A stretch of DNA of 64,000 nucleotides from an uncultured delta proteobacterium (GCA_963760795.1 CAVXEP010000003.1:160001-224000), one strand, 5' to 3'; positions 23,613-34,217 are shown, numbered from the stretch's first letter. Translations and numbers: made by a program. The notes: generated from the letters alone by a model not told the origin.

Positions 23613-24935
23613 CTAAGCTTGTGCCGGCTGCGCACCCACCGGTGGTGGCGCAGCTACACTGGGCTTGGATTTGATCTGCAGTGCCAATCCGGCGGCGATC
23701 ATTGCGATAAACCCGCCCGCCATGAAGGCCACGTTATACTCGCCGAGATAGTCGCGCACCGCGCCGGCTGCCGACGCCATGATCGCGGCGCCGATCTGAT
23801 GGGACATAAAAATCCAGCCGTATACTTTGCCGACATTTTGCCGGCCGAAGGTATCGGCGGTGATCGCCATCGACGGCGGCACGGTGGCAAACCAGTCCAA
23901 TCCGTAAATAATCGCAAAGATGACCAAGCCGGTAAAGCTCGTAACGAACGGCAAGATGAGTAACGACAGGCCGCGCAAGGCGTAAACCAGCGCCAACCAT
24001 TTATGCGGCGATACCTTATCGACCATCCAGCCGGAAAAGGTCGTGCCGACGATGTTGAGCGTGCCCATGATGCCGACCAAAGATGCGGCGGCGATCTGCG
24101 GGATGCCGATCTCGATTTCATGCGGGATCAAATGCGTGCCGATCAAACCATTGGCCGTGCCGCCGCAGACAAAGAAGGTGCTGCACAATAGCCAAAAGGT
24201 CGGGTTGGTGACGACTTCGCGCGCCGTGATCGTGGCATTCTTCGAGGACATGCCGCGCAGCGAGGCCGCGCCACCGCCGACATTGGTCTGTCCGGCGCCG
24301 TAGGGCTCCAAGCCGACATCGGCAGGATCGTCGCGCATGAAGAGATACAGTAGCGGCAACAAAAGGATCGCGAGAATGATCAAAACCGTCGAACCGATGC
24401 GCCATCCGGAGTTGGCGATCATCCACATGAAGAACGGCAGAAATATCAGTTGACCCGTCGAACTGGCGCTGCCGAGAATTCCCAGCGCCAGCCCGCGCCG
24501 CGCGACAAACCAGCGATTTCCCACCGTGGCGGTCAACACCGAGCCGACGCCGCCAGCGCCCAGACCTACGATGACGCCCCAAACCAAAAAAAATTGCCAG
24601 AACTCGGTCATGGCAACCGTGCCGCTGACCCCAGTGATCAAAAGAATCAGGCTGCCGAGCATGACCTTGCGCGGCCCGAAGCGGTCGATCAGCCAGCCAC
24701 TAATCGGCGCGGCCACGCCGAAGAGCAGCAGATTCATGCTGATCCCCGAAGCGATCAGTGCCCGGCTCCAGCCGAACTCCAGCTGCAACGGAAGAATCAA
24801 GACTTGCGGCGACGAGCGCACGCCTGCGCTCGTTAGAGTGGTCAAAAAACACAACGACACAATGAACCAACCATAATAAAAAGGCAGTGAGATCGGCGGA
24901 CGCTTCTTGGGAGTGCCAGCGCTGTCGTGTTCCAT
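23613..24935 (-). CDS. MFS transporter
   Basis: YYGW N-terminus, GWLIDRFGPR motif A and multiple hydrophobic helices. Confidence 0.88.
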   Translation of the reverse strand: MEHDSAGTPKKRPPISLPFYYGWFIVSLCFLTTLTSAGVRSSPQVLILPLQLEFGWSRALIASGISMNLLLFGVAAPISGWLIDRFGPRKVMLGSLILLITGVSGTVAMTEFWQFFLVWGVIVGLGAGGVGSVLTATVGNRWFVARRGLALGILGSASSTGQLIFLPFFMWMIANSGWRIGSTVLIILAILLLPLLYLFMRDDPADVGLEPYGAGQTNVGGGAASLRGMSSKNATITAREVVTNPTFWLLCSTFFVCGGTANGLIGTHLIPHEIEIGIPQIAAASLVGIMGTLNIVGTTFSGWMVDKVSPHKWLALVYALRGLSLLILPFVTSFTGLVIFAIIYGLDWFATVPPSMAITADTFGRQNVGKVYGWIFMSHQIGAAIMASAAGAVRDYLGEYNVAFMAGGFIAMIAAGLALQIKSKPSVAAPPPVGAQPAQA

Positions 24936-25011
24936 CTCTTCATATAGACTGAATTCAGCGACAATCACAACCAGGATTGTCCCAGCCAGGCAAGAAGCCA
25001 AAGCGAGTAAA

Positions 25012-25041
25012 TTGACAGCCCGGCGCGCGATCAGGTAGTAA
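25012..25041 (+). promoter_or_regulatory. Possible sigma70 promoter for the methyltransferase
   Basis: TTGACA-18 nt-TAGTAA upstream of ATG 25095. Confidence 0.35.
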
Positions 25042-25094
25042 TTGCCAATACGCCAAGTTATTCAATCAAACTGTGACAGGAACAAAGTAGCTGA

Positions 25095-25679
25095 ATGAGA
25101 TTCTCCCAACGTAACCTTGCCGCCATTCTTGCCGCGCTCGCTCTGTCGCTGATAGCGATTACCCACACGGCCGCCGACTTTCCCGAAGAAATTCCCTTCG
25201 TGCCGACACCGATGGACGTCGTCGACAAAATGCTTGAGCTGGCGGAAGTCAAAAAAGGCGATGTGGTCTATGATCTCGGCAGCGGCGACGGCCGCATCGT
25301 CATCCGCGCCGCGAAAAAATATGGTGTCCGTGCGGTGGGCATCGAAATGGACCGGCTACTGCTCGACAAAGCTCGTAAAGACGCCAAAGCCGCCGGGGTC
25401 AGCCACCTGGTCGAATTCCGCGCCGAAGACGCCATGAAAGTCGATCTCACCAAAGCCAGCGTGGTCACGCTTTACATGCTGCCCTGGTTCAACGAAGCGA
25501 TGAAACCAAGCTTCAAGAAATATTTGAAACCCGGCGCCCGCATCGTCGCCCATGATTTTGGCATTGAAGGCTGGGAACCGGACAAGACCGTTAAGCTGCC
25601 CGACCCCGAGAAAAAAGTCGGCGGGTTGATCCACTATCACACGTTGTTTTTGTGGCGAATTGGCAAGGGTGGGAAGTAA
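25095..25679 (+). CDS. SAM-dependent methyltransferase with an N-terminal signal/TM segment
   Basis: PFVPTP, YDLGSGDGRI and LKPGARIVAHDF. Confidence 0.88.
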   Translation: MRFSQRNLAAILAALALSLIAITHTAADFPEEIPFVPTPMDVVDKMLELAEVKKGDVVYDLGSGDGRIVIRAAKKYGVRAVGIEMDRLLLDKARKDAKAAGVSHLVEFRAEDAMKVDLTKASVVTLYMLPWFNEAMKPSFKKYLKPGARIVAHDFGIEGWEPDKTVKLPDPEKKVGGLIHYHTLFLWRIGKGGK

Positions 25680-25781
25680 CCGCGCAACTGCCTGGTTACC
25701 GACTTAGGGCTGGTAGCCATTGGCTTCACGACACCGGCATTGCGCCTCGCCTTACGCCAAGTTAAGCCGCGGCATAGCGGG

Positions 25782-26229
25782 TCACTCTGCGGCGATCTTG
25801 ACCAGGTCGCCGCGCAATATGGCATGGGCGGCGGCCCCGGCGTGACACTCGAACTCGCTCGGACTCGCCATCTCGACATTGTTACAATAGCTGACGATGT
25901 TGATCACGCCATTGGCGCCCGCCTGCTTGGCGCGTTTTTGAAGTTCGACCAGCGCCGCCAGGAACGCTGGCGTTGCACGCTTTGACATCGTCAGTACGGC
26001 GCGTGCTCGCTTTGCCGTGAGGGGTAGCATTCCCCAAGTTGGTGACGATCGCCAGAGTCGGCTGCTTGCCGAAGAAAAACTTAACAGACCCGTCGGGTTT
26101 TTCACGAGCCTCAGACGATTCCAGAGCCGCTTTGATCAGCAGCAGATATCTATCGTTCCTGGCCTGGGCGGAGCAGACGACGGCGAGTGATACCGCCAGC
26201 CCAATGGTTGAGAAGCGAACCGATTTCAG
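25782..26229 (-). pseudogene. Frameshifted paralog of the adjacent secreted YbjQ-like ('excinuclease'-annotated) protein
   Basis: Reconstructed ...SAQARNDRYLLLIKAALE...KPDGSVKFFFG...ACN/AFLAALVELQKRAKQAGANGVINIVSY...EFECHAG; one frameshift, no ATG start. Confidence 0.65.
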
Positions 26230-26339
26230 CGCCTTGCCCTACGTTTGGTTGAAACCTGACTGCGCGGACCGCTCCGATGACCGCCAACTTCGGTGCTCGA
26301 AAAATCTTTACCTAAGAACTTCCCGACGCCAGCAATGCA

Positions 26340-26786
26340 CTATTCCGCGATCTTGACAAATTCCCCCCTCAAAGCGACGCCGACGACGATGTTACCGGCG
26401 TGGCACTCAAACTCCGTCGGGCTTGACATGACATTCTTCTGATAATAGCTGACGATATTGACGACGGCATTGGCGCCCAATTGTTTGGCGCGCTTATCGA
26501 GTTGAATCATTGCCGACAGAAACACCCAGTTGCACGCCCTTTCATCGGACTTACCGACGCTATTGGTCTTTTGATTGGTCGAATCGGTGCCGAGCTTGGT
26601 GAGAATTTTTGGCGTCTCCTGGTTGCCGAAATAGAACTTCACCGAGCCGTCAAGCTTCTCTTTGGCATCTTTGGCTTCCAGGGCGGGTGCGACCGGAAAC
26701 ATAAGTTTAGTATCGCGCGCGTGCGCCGGCCAAACAGCGCCCAAGGTTAACGCGGCGACAATCGTCAATTGAGAAATTCTTTTCAT
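26340..26786 (-). CDS. Secreted YbjQ-like protein of the family usually found at the end of aryl-polyene operons (often mis-annotated 'excinuclease ATPase subunit')
   Basis: RBS AGGAGG; signal peptide; ACNWVFLSA...GANAVVNIVSYY...ECHAG. Confidence 0.75.
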   Translation of the reverse strand: MKRISQLTIVAALTLGAVWPAHARDTKLMFPVAPALEAKDAKEKLDGSVKFYFGNQETPKILTKLGTDSTNQKTNSVGKSDERACNWVFLSAMIQLDKRAKQLGANAVVNIVSYYQKNVMSSPTEFECHAGNIVVGVALRGEFVKIAE

Positions 26787-26950
26787 CGATCTCCTCCTTC
26801 TGGGGTTTAGGCTTAGAACTATAAACTCTCTACGACCCGAACGGCAACTCCTTTGATTCAACGATCTTCACTAAGTCTGCCTTTCAGCCATACTGTCACG
26901 ATGATCTTAGATTAGCGATTTCATCCTGACAACCTCTGGAAAAATTTTTC

Positions 26951-27949
26951 CTAAGCCATCCGCCGGAAGATCAACGAGGTGTTGATGCCGCCGAAGGCGA
27001 AGTTATTCGACATGACGTACTCGCACTCGAGCACGCGGCCTTGGTTGACGATGTAACCGAGCTCGGCGCAGGCGGGATCCACGCTTGCCAGATTGATCGT
27101 CGGGGCGAACCAACCGCTGCGCATCATTTCGATCGACATCCACGCTTCCAGCGCGCCGCAGGCGCCGAGGGCGTGCCCCATGTAACTCTTGAGCGAGCTC
27201 ACCGGCACCTGGTTGCCGAACAGTTTGCCCGTCGCCAGCGATTCGGCGACATCGCCATGCTGCGTGCCCGTGCCATGAGCATTGACGTAACCGATCGCCG
27301 ACGGCGGTAAATTGGCATCGGCGAGCGCCAGCTCCATCGCCACTTGCATGGTTTTGGCGTTGGGCTGCGTGACATGACAGCCGTCGCTGTTGGTGCCGAA
27401 ACCGACGATCTCGGCATACACCGGCGCGCCGCGCGCTTGCGCATGCTCGAACTCTTCGAGAATCAGCGTACCGGCGCCCTCGCCGAGGACCAAACCATCG
27501 CGATCGATGTCGAAGGGGCGCGGCGTGGTATCGGCGGCATCGTTGCGCACGCTAGTAGCGAACAGCGTATCGAAGACCGCCACCTCGGTGACGCATAACT
27601 CTTCGGCGCCGCCGGCGATCATCGCCCGCTGTTGGCCGGCGCGAATCGTCTCATAGCCATAGCCAATGCCCTGGCTGCCCGAGGTGCAAGCGCTCGAAGT
27701 CGTAATGATCCGCCCAGTGACGCCGAGAAATACCCCGAGGTTGACCGGCGCGGTATGGCCCATCATTTTGATGTAAGTGGTGGCATTGATGCCCTTGGTG
27801 CTTTTCTCGCTAATCATCAAGCCGAAATCGCAAATCGCTTTCGGCGTCCCGGTTGAGGAACCGTAAGCGATTCCGAGCCGTCCACTCTTAACTAAAGGAT
27901 CGTCCAACAGGCCGGCATCGAGAAGAGCGAGCTCGCTGGCGCGCGTCGC
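26951..27949 (-). pseudogene. apeR: 5'-truncated beta-ketoacyl-ACP synthase (ApeR-like)
   Basis: Begins at ATRASELAL; has SSACTSG, NAHGT, KSYMGHALG and NNFAFGG; about the first 80 aa are replaced by transposase sequence. Confidence 0.8.
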
Positions 27950-28720
27950 TGCATCAACTGCTGCCCGCGCTCGCCCCGGATGCGCCGCCGATTGGCATAC
28001 ACCGCGTCGCGCTAAGCGTGCTGATCGGTCCAGTGCTGCCGACCACGATCCGGTTCGCTGATGTAGGTACACAGTCCCAGGCTCTGCATATCGAGCACGG
28101 TTTCCTTGCTGTGATAACCCGTGTCGGTGACCACTTCCCCCACCGTCTTTACCTTTTCGTTGATCGCGGCTACAGCTTCGAGCTGTTCGACCGCTTCGGG
28201 TAGCGTCGTCTGAATCGCGGTCGTGTCGCCTTGATCAGCTTCTTGCAACGTGACGGCCACGGGGTCATGCGGCGGATGCGTCCAGTCCTGGTTGGACCCT
28301 TTGTTCTTGCGCTTGCGATCGAGCTTTGCCAGATCCTCCCGCGTCGGGGTCTCAATGCCAGAGGCCTGGGCCAGCTTGGTCAAAAAGTCGTTTATATGTC
28401 TCTCCGGTGTCGCGGCGCACGATGCTGCGCAGGGCCGCGTTCGCTTCGAGCGTGGTGGAGTCTAGCAATCGTTTTTCCCTTGATCAGCCGGGCGATGCCC
28501 AGACACTGAAGCACCCACGTGAATACCGTCCGATGGGTGTCCAAATCGATCAATCGCCGCGTCCGCGATATCGTGGAGTGATCCCGGCGCAGCCTCTGTC
28601 AGCGCCAGTCCGAGAAACGCGGCAGCTCGTCTGCGAGCATATTGCTGCGACGGTGGCACACTTCAAGGCGAAAATTCCTTTGCCCAACCCCCCGCCCTGC
28701 ACCGATTTAGCCACTCTCAA
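27950..28720 (-). mobile_element. Degenerate DDE transposase remnant (IS1182/IS5-like)
   Basis: Fragments APDHSTISRTRRLID, DSTTLEANAALRSIVRRDTG, PTREDLAKLDRKRKNKGSN, DTGYHS and RDAVYANRRRIRGERG, with stops and deletions. Confidence 0.75.
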
Positions 28721-28901
28721 CTGATTTTTTTAGGTTTATCGGTTTTCGACTTTGACGGGACCGTGAGCACTAGTGATGCCCCATCTCCAAAGTCTCGTCG
28801 CCGCCGCAGCATTCGATTTCAGATCATCTTCTTGCTTTCTCGGTCAGTGAGAGTGCTTACAACACACGCGCAGACTTTGGTGACCCCGGTTAAGCGCATC
28901 C

Positions 28902-29344
28902 GTGCTGGCGCCCAACGCCAAGTTGCGCGGCGAAATCATTCCCAGTCCGCCAGAGCAGGAAACCGAGCCCTCAAAGGATGCCGCGCGCGGCACGCCGGCG
29001 CGCATGAGCTGGGCTCGACTGCTCAAACGGGTATTCGACTTTGACATCGAGCGCTGCGCCAACTGCGGCGGCGATTTGAAGATCATCGCTGCGATCGAAG
29101 ATCTGCCGGTGATCGACAGGATCCTCAGCCATCTGGGCTTGCCAACGCGAGCCGACGGCGCTGCTCGCTCTGAGTTCGAGCGAGCGGCGCGAAAAGGAAC
29201 ATTTCGCGCGCCTGCGACCGGTTCGCCGCCGGAGCCGACCCAGGCAAAAGCGCAAATTTCACTAATCGCTCCGACGATTGACACCCTCGCTTGTTCAGCG
29301 ATATAGATTCGGTCAGAAACAAGGTGGTTTAAAAATACTATTCA
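28902..29344 (+). mobile_element. IS91/ISCR transposase C-terminal remnant with putative oriIS
   Basis: VLAPNAKLR...MSWARLLKRVFDFDIERCANCGGDLKIIAAIED...ILSHLGLP; downstream AAGGTGGTTTAAAAATACTATTC at 29321-29343 resembles ISCR oriIS ends. Confidence 0.75.
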
Positions 29345-29884
29345 TCTACGGTCGAAATTTTCACAACGGAGCATCTACTTTGGTAAGGAATAACTTCAGA
29401 TCCAAGTTTTCGTGTTTAACTCCGGGATCGTTCGCGATAGCTTGTTGGTTATGATGAGCCGTGAAGAGTGGGAGAGCGCGATCTCGACCAACCTTAACGG
29501 ATTTCATAATATTATGCATGTGGTTTTATTTCCAATGCTCCGTGAAAAAAGGGAACACATCGTGGTGGTCTCATCCACTTCCGGACAAATAGGACAGGCC
29601 GGGCAGGTTAATTACTCAGCTTCAAAGGCAGGATTGATTGGCGCGGCGAAAGCCTTGGCGCACGAAGTTGGTAAAAAAACATTCTTGTCAACGTTGTTGC
29701 TCCCGGCCTGATTGAAACGGATATGACTGAAGGGTTTCCCGCAGATCAAATTATGCGCCTGATTCCTCTGAGGCGCCTTGGCAGAGTGGAAGATGTTTCT
29801 TCGGTGATTCATTTTCTGTGCACAGACAAGTTCACGTATATCCATGGACAGGTGATTGGCATTAACGGAGGTTTGGCAACGTGA
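29345..29884 (+). pseudogene. 5'-truncated, frameshifted 3-oxoacyl-ACP reductase (FabG-like)
   Basis: FNSGIVRD, GQVNYSASKAG, then PGLIETDM...GQVIGINGG in the next frame; the Rossmann N-terminus is missing. Confidence 0.8.
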
Positions 29885-31419
29885 GTCAATCCTCTGTGAA
29901 GCACTACGATAATATCGTCGTTGGAAGCGGAGCGAGCGGCTTATCGTTAGCCCAGCTGCTCGCATTGAGTGGCAAGAAAGTGCTGCTCATTGAAAAAGGG
30001 TGGTATTTGGGCGGGAGCCTGACGCGTTTTAAAAAGAAGGGGATTCCCTTTGATACCGGTTTTCATTTTACTGGTGGTTTTACCGATGGCGGGGTTCTCG
30101 ACGAAATGCTTAGAGCGCTGGGTATTCGTAATAGCATTGAACCGATTTTTTTGGATGATCCCGGATCGAATCGCTACGTCTTTGAAGGGGACGGCAAAGC
30201 TTATGACTTTCCCCGAGGCGTTGAGGCTTTTAAGGCCAGCTTGAAAGGTTATTTCCCCAATGAGACACAAGGCATTGACCGTTATTTCGAGATGAGTGAG
30301 AGGTGTTACCGGGAAACGCCCTCGCTTGATCTTCGAAGAATCACGGACACACCCAATGTGCTTGAAGAGGATTATAAAACACTCGCTAGTGTGCTTGATG
30401 AATTGTTTCAAAGTAAACACATTAAAGGTGTGCTTTCCACTTATTGTATGTGTTACGGAGTAAAACCGTCAGAGGTTTCCTTTGCGAATCATGCGCGTGT
30501 GGCATACGCACTTTATGAAGCAGTGGCGCGTGTGAAAGGCGGCGGCGACGCTTTTGTAAACGCGTTTGAGAAGGCGTTTGAATCATTGGAGGTCGACATC
30601 CGGCTGCGAACTTATATCACCTCCTGTGAAGATATTCAAAACCGTGCGGTGGGGCGATTTGTTTTGAATACCGGCGAGCAAGTCTCTTGTGATCAGTGTA
30701 TCTTTACGATTCATCCCTATTCCATTCTTGAAACGCTTCCGCGGGAACATTTGAATAAAGCGTTTATAGAGCGCGTTCGGAACTTTGAGCCGTCGCTAGG
30801 TTTTTTTTCTTTATACTGCGAACTCAAAACGGATAACCCCGATGAACCGATTAGCCCAACCATCACCACCCTGCTTCCCGTGTCTGATGTTAATACTTTG
30901 ATGGATCCTGAAAACGCGGGCCCAACGGCGGTTGTTGTGTTGACTAGTAATGAAGAAGTGAAGGGAAAGCTTCGGAAAGTTATGACAGTGCTAGAGCCGT
31001 CGTTTTTGCGAGATGTGGAGGATTGGAAAGATACTTCCCTGAAAAGACGACCTAAATCTTATTCGCTGTATAAACAGGATCGTGTGGATAAGATTTTGAA
31101 ACGCATAACTGATTCTTGTCCGGAATTTAGAGGGCGTATCGAAGTGGTTGAAGTGGCTTCGATGCTTAGTTATCGGTTCTTTTTGCATTCGCCGGACGGA
31201 TCGGCATACGGTGTAAAACAGAAAATTGGTCAAATTAATTTATTTGGAAGGCTCCCTTTTCGGAATTGCTATGCTTGTGGGCAAAGTGCCATCCTTCCTG
31301 GTATTGTCGGTGCGATGATGTCTTCTTTTATTGTTTCGAGGGCCATTTTAGGCCGCGACGAATACGATAAATTCATGCAGGAGAGACTCCCCCGTGAAAC
31401 GTGTGGTTATTACCGGTAG
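29881..31419 (+). CDS. Phytoene desaturase / retinol-saturase family FAD oxidoreductase
   Basis: VVGSGASG, FDTGFHF, GSAYG and CGQS..PGIVGAMMS. Confidence 0.8.
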   Translation: MSQSSVKHYDNIVVGSGASGLSLAQLLALSGKKVLLIEKGWYLGGSLTRFKKKGIPFDTGFHFTGGFTDGGVLDEMLRALGIRNSIEPIFLDDPGSNRYVFEGDGKAYDFPRGVEAFKASLKGYFPNETQGIDRYFEMSERCYRETPSLDLRRITDTPNVLEEDYKTLASVLDELFQSKHIKGVLSTYCMCYGVKPSEVSFANHARVAYALYEAVARVKGGGDAFVNAFEKAFESLEVDIRLRTYITSCEDIQNRAVGRFVLNTGEQVSCDQCIFTIHPYSILETLPREHLNKAFIERVRNFEPSLGFFSLYCELKTDNPDEPISPTITTLLPVSDVNTLMDPENAGPTAVVVLTSNEEVKGKLRKVMTVLEPSFLRDVEDWKDTSLKRRPKSYSLYKQDRVDKILKRITDSCPEFRGRIEVVEVASMLSYRFFLHSPDGSAYGVKQKIGQINLFGRLPFRNCYACGQSAILPGIVGAMMSSFIVSRAILGRDEYDKFMQERLPRETCGYYR

Positions 31420-32626
31420 AGGCGTCGTTAGTCCTTTCGGCAGCAACCTGACTTCTCTGATGGATGGTTTGGAGAAGTCAAAAAGTGGGGTGCTACGAAT
31501 GCCTGGTTGGGAGGAATATAAAGGGCTCAATAGTCTTGTTGGCGCACCGGCGGAATTGAAAGGTGAGAATGCGTTCCCGCGAAAAATTCGCCGATCCATG
31601 GGGCGCTTGAGTGTTTTTGCTGCCTTGGCGGCAAAACAGGCAGCTGAAGAATCGAAGATCGAGGAAGGCCTTTTGAAATCGCGGCGTTTGGGCTGCATTA
31701 TGGGGTCCACCATGGGGAGTGCGGAGGCGCTGAATGAAGCTTTCGAAATTATGCTGCCGAACCACGATTTGTCTCAACTGTCTTCCATGGGTTTTTTTAA
31801 ATGCGTGTCACATACGGCGGCCATGAATGTCGCCCAGGCCCTGGGTGTTAGAGGGTATGTGATGGCTCCCTCTGCCGCTTGTGCCTCGTCATTACAGGCG
31901 CTTGGGTTAGGCTATGAGCTGATTCGAAGCGGAAGGCAGGATGTTTTGCTTTGTGGCGGCGCCGAGGAGCTTCATCCAATTGTGACCGGTATTTTTGAGA
32001 TTCTTTTTGCAACGTCGACTCATTTTAACGATAACGCCTGGTTGACCCCGCGGCCTTTTGATGCGAGACGAGACGGACTTGTCTGCGGCGAAGGTGCCGG
32101 TGTGCTCGTGCTGGAAGATTATGAACACGCCCGTCAGCGCGGCGCGGATATTTACGGCGAGATTGCAGGCTATTCAACTTGTGCAAGCGGAACTCATGTC
32201 AGTGAATCGAGCCGTGAAGGAATGAGGGATTGCATGGACAATGCCATCCAGGACTCGGGCCTCAAGCCGGAGCAAGTGGATTACATCAGCGCACACGCGA
32301 CGGCGACTATTCAGGGCGATCAGGCTGAAGCCGAGGCCATTCGTGATATTTTCGGTGATCGTGTCCCGGTAAGCGGAATGAAAGGGTATATCGGGCACAC
32401 ACTGGGTGCTTCCGGGGCGATTGAATTAGCAGCCTGTTTGGAGATGATGTCCCGGGGAATAATTTACCCGACTTTAAATTTAGAAGACGTCGATGCCAGT
32501 TGCAGTGGAATTGCACACGTGCAAACGCCGTTAGAAAAAGAGATTAAAGTTGTAGTAAAAAATTCGTTCGCCTTTGGCGGTATCAATACGGTGTTGGTTT
32601 GCAAAAAGCTTGACGCTTATCAGTGA
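31394..32626 (+). CDS. Beta-ketoacyl-ACP synthase (FabF/ApeR-like)
   Basis: KRVVITG, AACASS, SAHAT, KGYIGHTLG and NSFAFGG; Cys-His-His triad intact. Confidence 0.9.
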   Translation: MKRVVITGRGVVSPFGSNLTSLMDGLEKSKSGVLRMPGWEEYKGLNSLVGAPAELKGENAFPRKIRRSMGRLSVFAALAAKQAAEESKIEEGLLKSRRLGCIMGSTMGSAEALNEAFEIMLPNHDLSQLSSMGFFKCVSHTAAMNVAQALGVRGYVMAPSAACASSLQALGLGYELIRSGRQDVLLCGGAEELHPIVTGIFEILFATSTHFNDNAWLTPRPFDARRDGLVCGEGAGVLVLEDYEHARQRGADIYGEIAGYSTCASGTHVSESSREGMRDCMDNAIQDSGLKPEQVDYISAHATATIQGDQAEAEAIRDIFGDRVPVSGMKGYIGHTLGASGAIELAACLEMMSRGIIYPTLNLEDVDASCSGIAHVQTPLEKEIKVVVKNSFAFGGINTVLVCKKLDAYQ

Positions 32627-32643
32627 GAGGAGATCCGGGACGA

Positions 32644-32910
32644 ATGGACGAAGTTGAAATTAAAAAACTTGTGGATGAAGTTTTCGTCGAGGCTTTTGAA
32701 ATTGAGCCGGCGCGACTAAGATCGGAAATGAGAATATTTGAGGACCTGGGTATCGACAGTCTTGACATTGTTGATTTGGTGGTAGCTTTGCAGAAGAAAT
32801 TTAAGATTCAGATTCGCGACGATGAGCGCGTTCGAAAGATTCGGACTCTAGGGGATATTTATGATTTCATCCTCACACTGAAAAGCGAAACGCATATTTC
32901 TGAGGCTTGA
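32644..32910 (+). CDS. Acyl carrier protein (ApeF-like)
   Basis: DLGIDSLDIVDL phosphopantetheine site. Confidence 0.88.
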   Translation: MDEVEIKKLVDEVFVEAFEIEPARLRSEMRIFEDLGIDSLDIVDLVVALQKKFKIQIRDDERVRKIRTLGDIYDFILTLKSETHISEA

Positions 32911-33668
32911 GCCGTGAAGGAATCCTTCCTTTGAAAAAGATACTCCTAAATCTGATCTTTTATCCGTCATTTGTGTTGGTCACCGTGCTGATGCCTGCGA
33001 TCACTCTTTTTCCGATGGTTCTATTTCGGCTCACCTTAGGAACCCGCAAAACACTTTATATTTTAAGGGCGTTGATTCGCTGCTATGGCTCCATCGTAGT
33101 TCGAATTCTGCCTTTTCCTTTCGTGCGAGTAGAGTATCAGGACTTCGAAAGAGACAAAAATCGCGGCGCATGTGTCTTTGTTTGTAATCACCGGTCGAGT
33201 TCCGATGCGTTTTTGATGGGATGTTTGCACCGGGAAGTGGTTCAGGTGGTGAACAACTGGCCTTTTAAGATCCCGGTGATCGGAATGATCGGACGTCTGG
33301 CAGGATATCTAAGTGTGCGCACAATGCCATTCGAGGAGTTTCGACGGACTAGCTGCAAGCTCTTGCGAGAAGGGGTTTCGGTGGTGGCTTTTCCAGAAGG
33401 TTCAAGATCAAGGGACAAAACCTTGCATCAATTCAACGGTGCTGTGTTTCGGGTGGCTCAATCGGCGAGGGTTCCGATCATTCCAATTTGTCTCAGTGGC
33501 AATCAGGATATCCCGCCTAAAGGCTCTGGCGTTTTAAATCCGGGAACTATTAAGATGCATAAATTGCCTGCGCTTGAATGGGAATCGTTTAAAGATCTAA
33601 CGCCCTTTGTGGTCAAGAACAAAGTGCGTGCTGTCATACAAGAAGAACTTGAACGGTTGGAGGCATGA
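32907..33668 (+). CDS. Lysophospholipid (PlsC-like) acyltransferase
   Basis: NHRSSSD (NHxxxxD) and FPEGSRS. Confidence 0.85.
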   Translation: MSREGILPLKKILLNLIFYPSFVLVTVLMPAITLFPMVLFRLTLGTRKTLYILRALIRCYGSIVVRILPFPFVRVEYQDFERDKNRGACVFVCNHRSSSDAFLMGCLHREVVQVVNNWPFKIPVIGMIGRLAGYLSVRTMPFEEFRRTSCKLLREGVSVVAFPEGSRSRDKTLHQFNGAVFRVAQSARVPIIPICLSGNQDIPPKGSGVLNPGTIKMHKLPALEWESFKDLTPFVVKNKVRAVIQEELERLEA

Positions 33669-33698
33669 CGTATCGATCAAAGAAGAAATGAAAGCCCT

Positions 33699-34181
33699 TT
33701 GTTGGAGCCGGTGAAGGACGGGCGTGGTCAAGTGGGGGATTTGCCGGTTAAAGCGAGTGTTTATATTCCTCACTGCAGGGAAATGTGTGTCATAGATGAT
33801 TTAGTCGAGGTGTGTGATAGATCGGCGCAGGCGGAAGTTGCGGTCCGAGGAGACAGTCCATTCGTACGCTTGGACGGGAGTGTGGAGGAATGTCTTTTCG
33901 TTGAAATGATTGCACAGACGATTGCGGCAGCGTCGGGATTTGAGCTGCCCACAGCGGAACGTAAGACGCTTGAAGGATATTTGCTGGGGGTTCGCGCTTT
34001 GAAGATCTCGTGCGCCGCCCGTGTCGGTGATGTTTTACGTATTAAAGCGTATAAGTCGGCAGAGTTTGGCGATTTCAGCGTGATTGAAGGCAGCGTGAGC
34101 CGAGGATCTCAGGTGCTAGCGCAGGGAGAAATCAAAGTGTTTCAAAGAAGTATAAAGGACACTGGCACAAGACATGCCTAA
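33699..34181 (+). CDS. Hotdog-fold dehydratase (ApeP-like); start uncertain
   Basis: IPHCREMCVID, EMIAQTIAA and GYLLGVR. Confidence 0.75.
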   Translation: MLEPVKDGRGQVGDLPVKASVYIPHCREMCVIDDLVEVCDRSAQAEVAVRGDSPFVRLDGSVEECLFVEMIAQTIAAASGFELPTAERKTLEGYLLGVRALKISCAARVGDVLRIKAYKSAEFGDFSVIEGSVSRGSQVLAQGEIKVFQRSIKDTGTRHA

Positions 34182-34217
34182 GCATACGAAGACACCGGTC
34201 TATGAAGAAATATTTAG

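Noticed and set aside
26340-26786. Excinuclease/UvrA function
   Set aside because: It is a small signal-peptide protein with no Walker motifs; the family name is a propagated mis-annotation.
26951-28072. 373-aa ORF as an intact ketosynthase
   Set aside because: Its first ~40 codons are out-of-frame transposase sequence, and the KS N-terminus (RVAVTG) is absent there.
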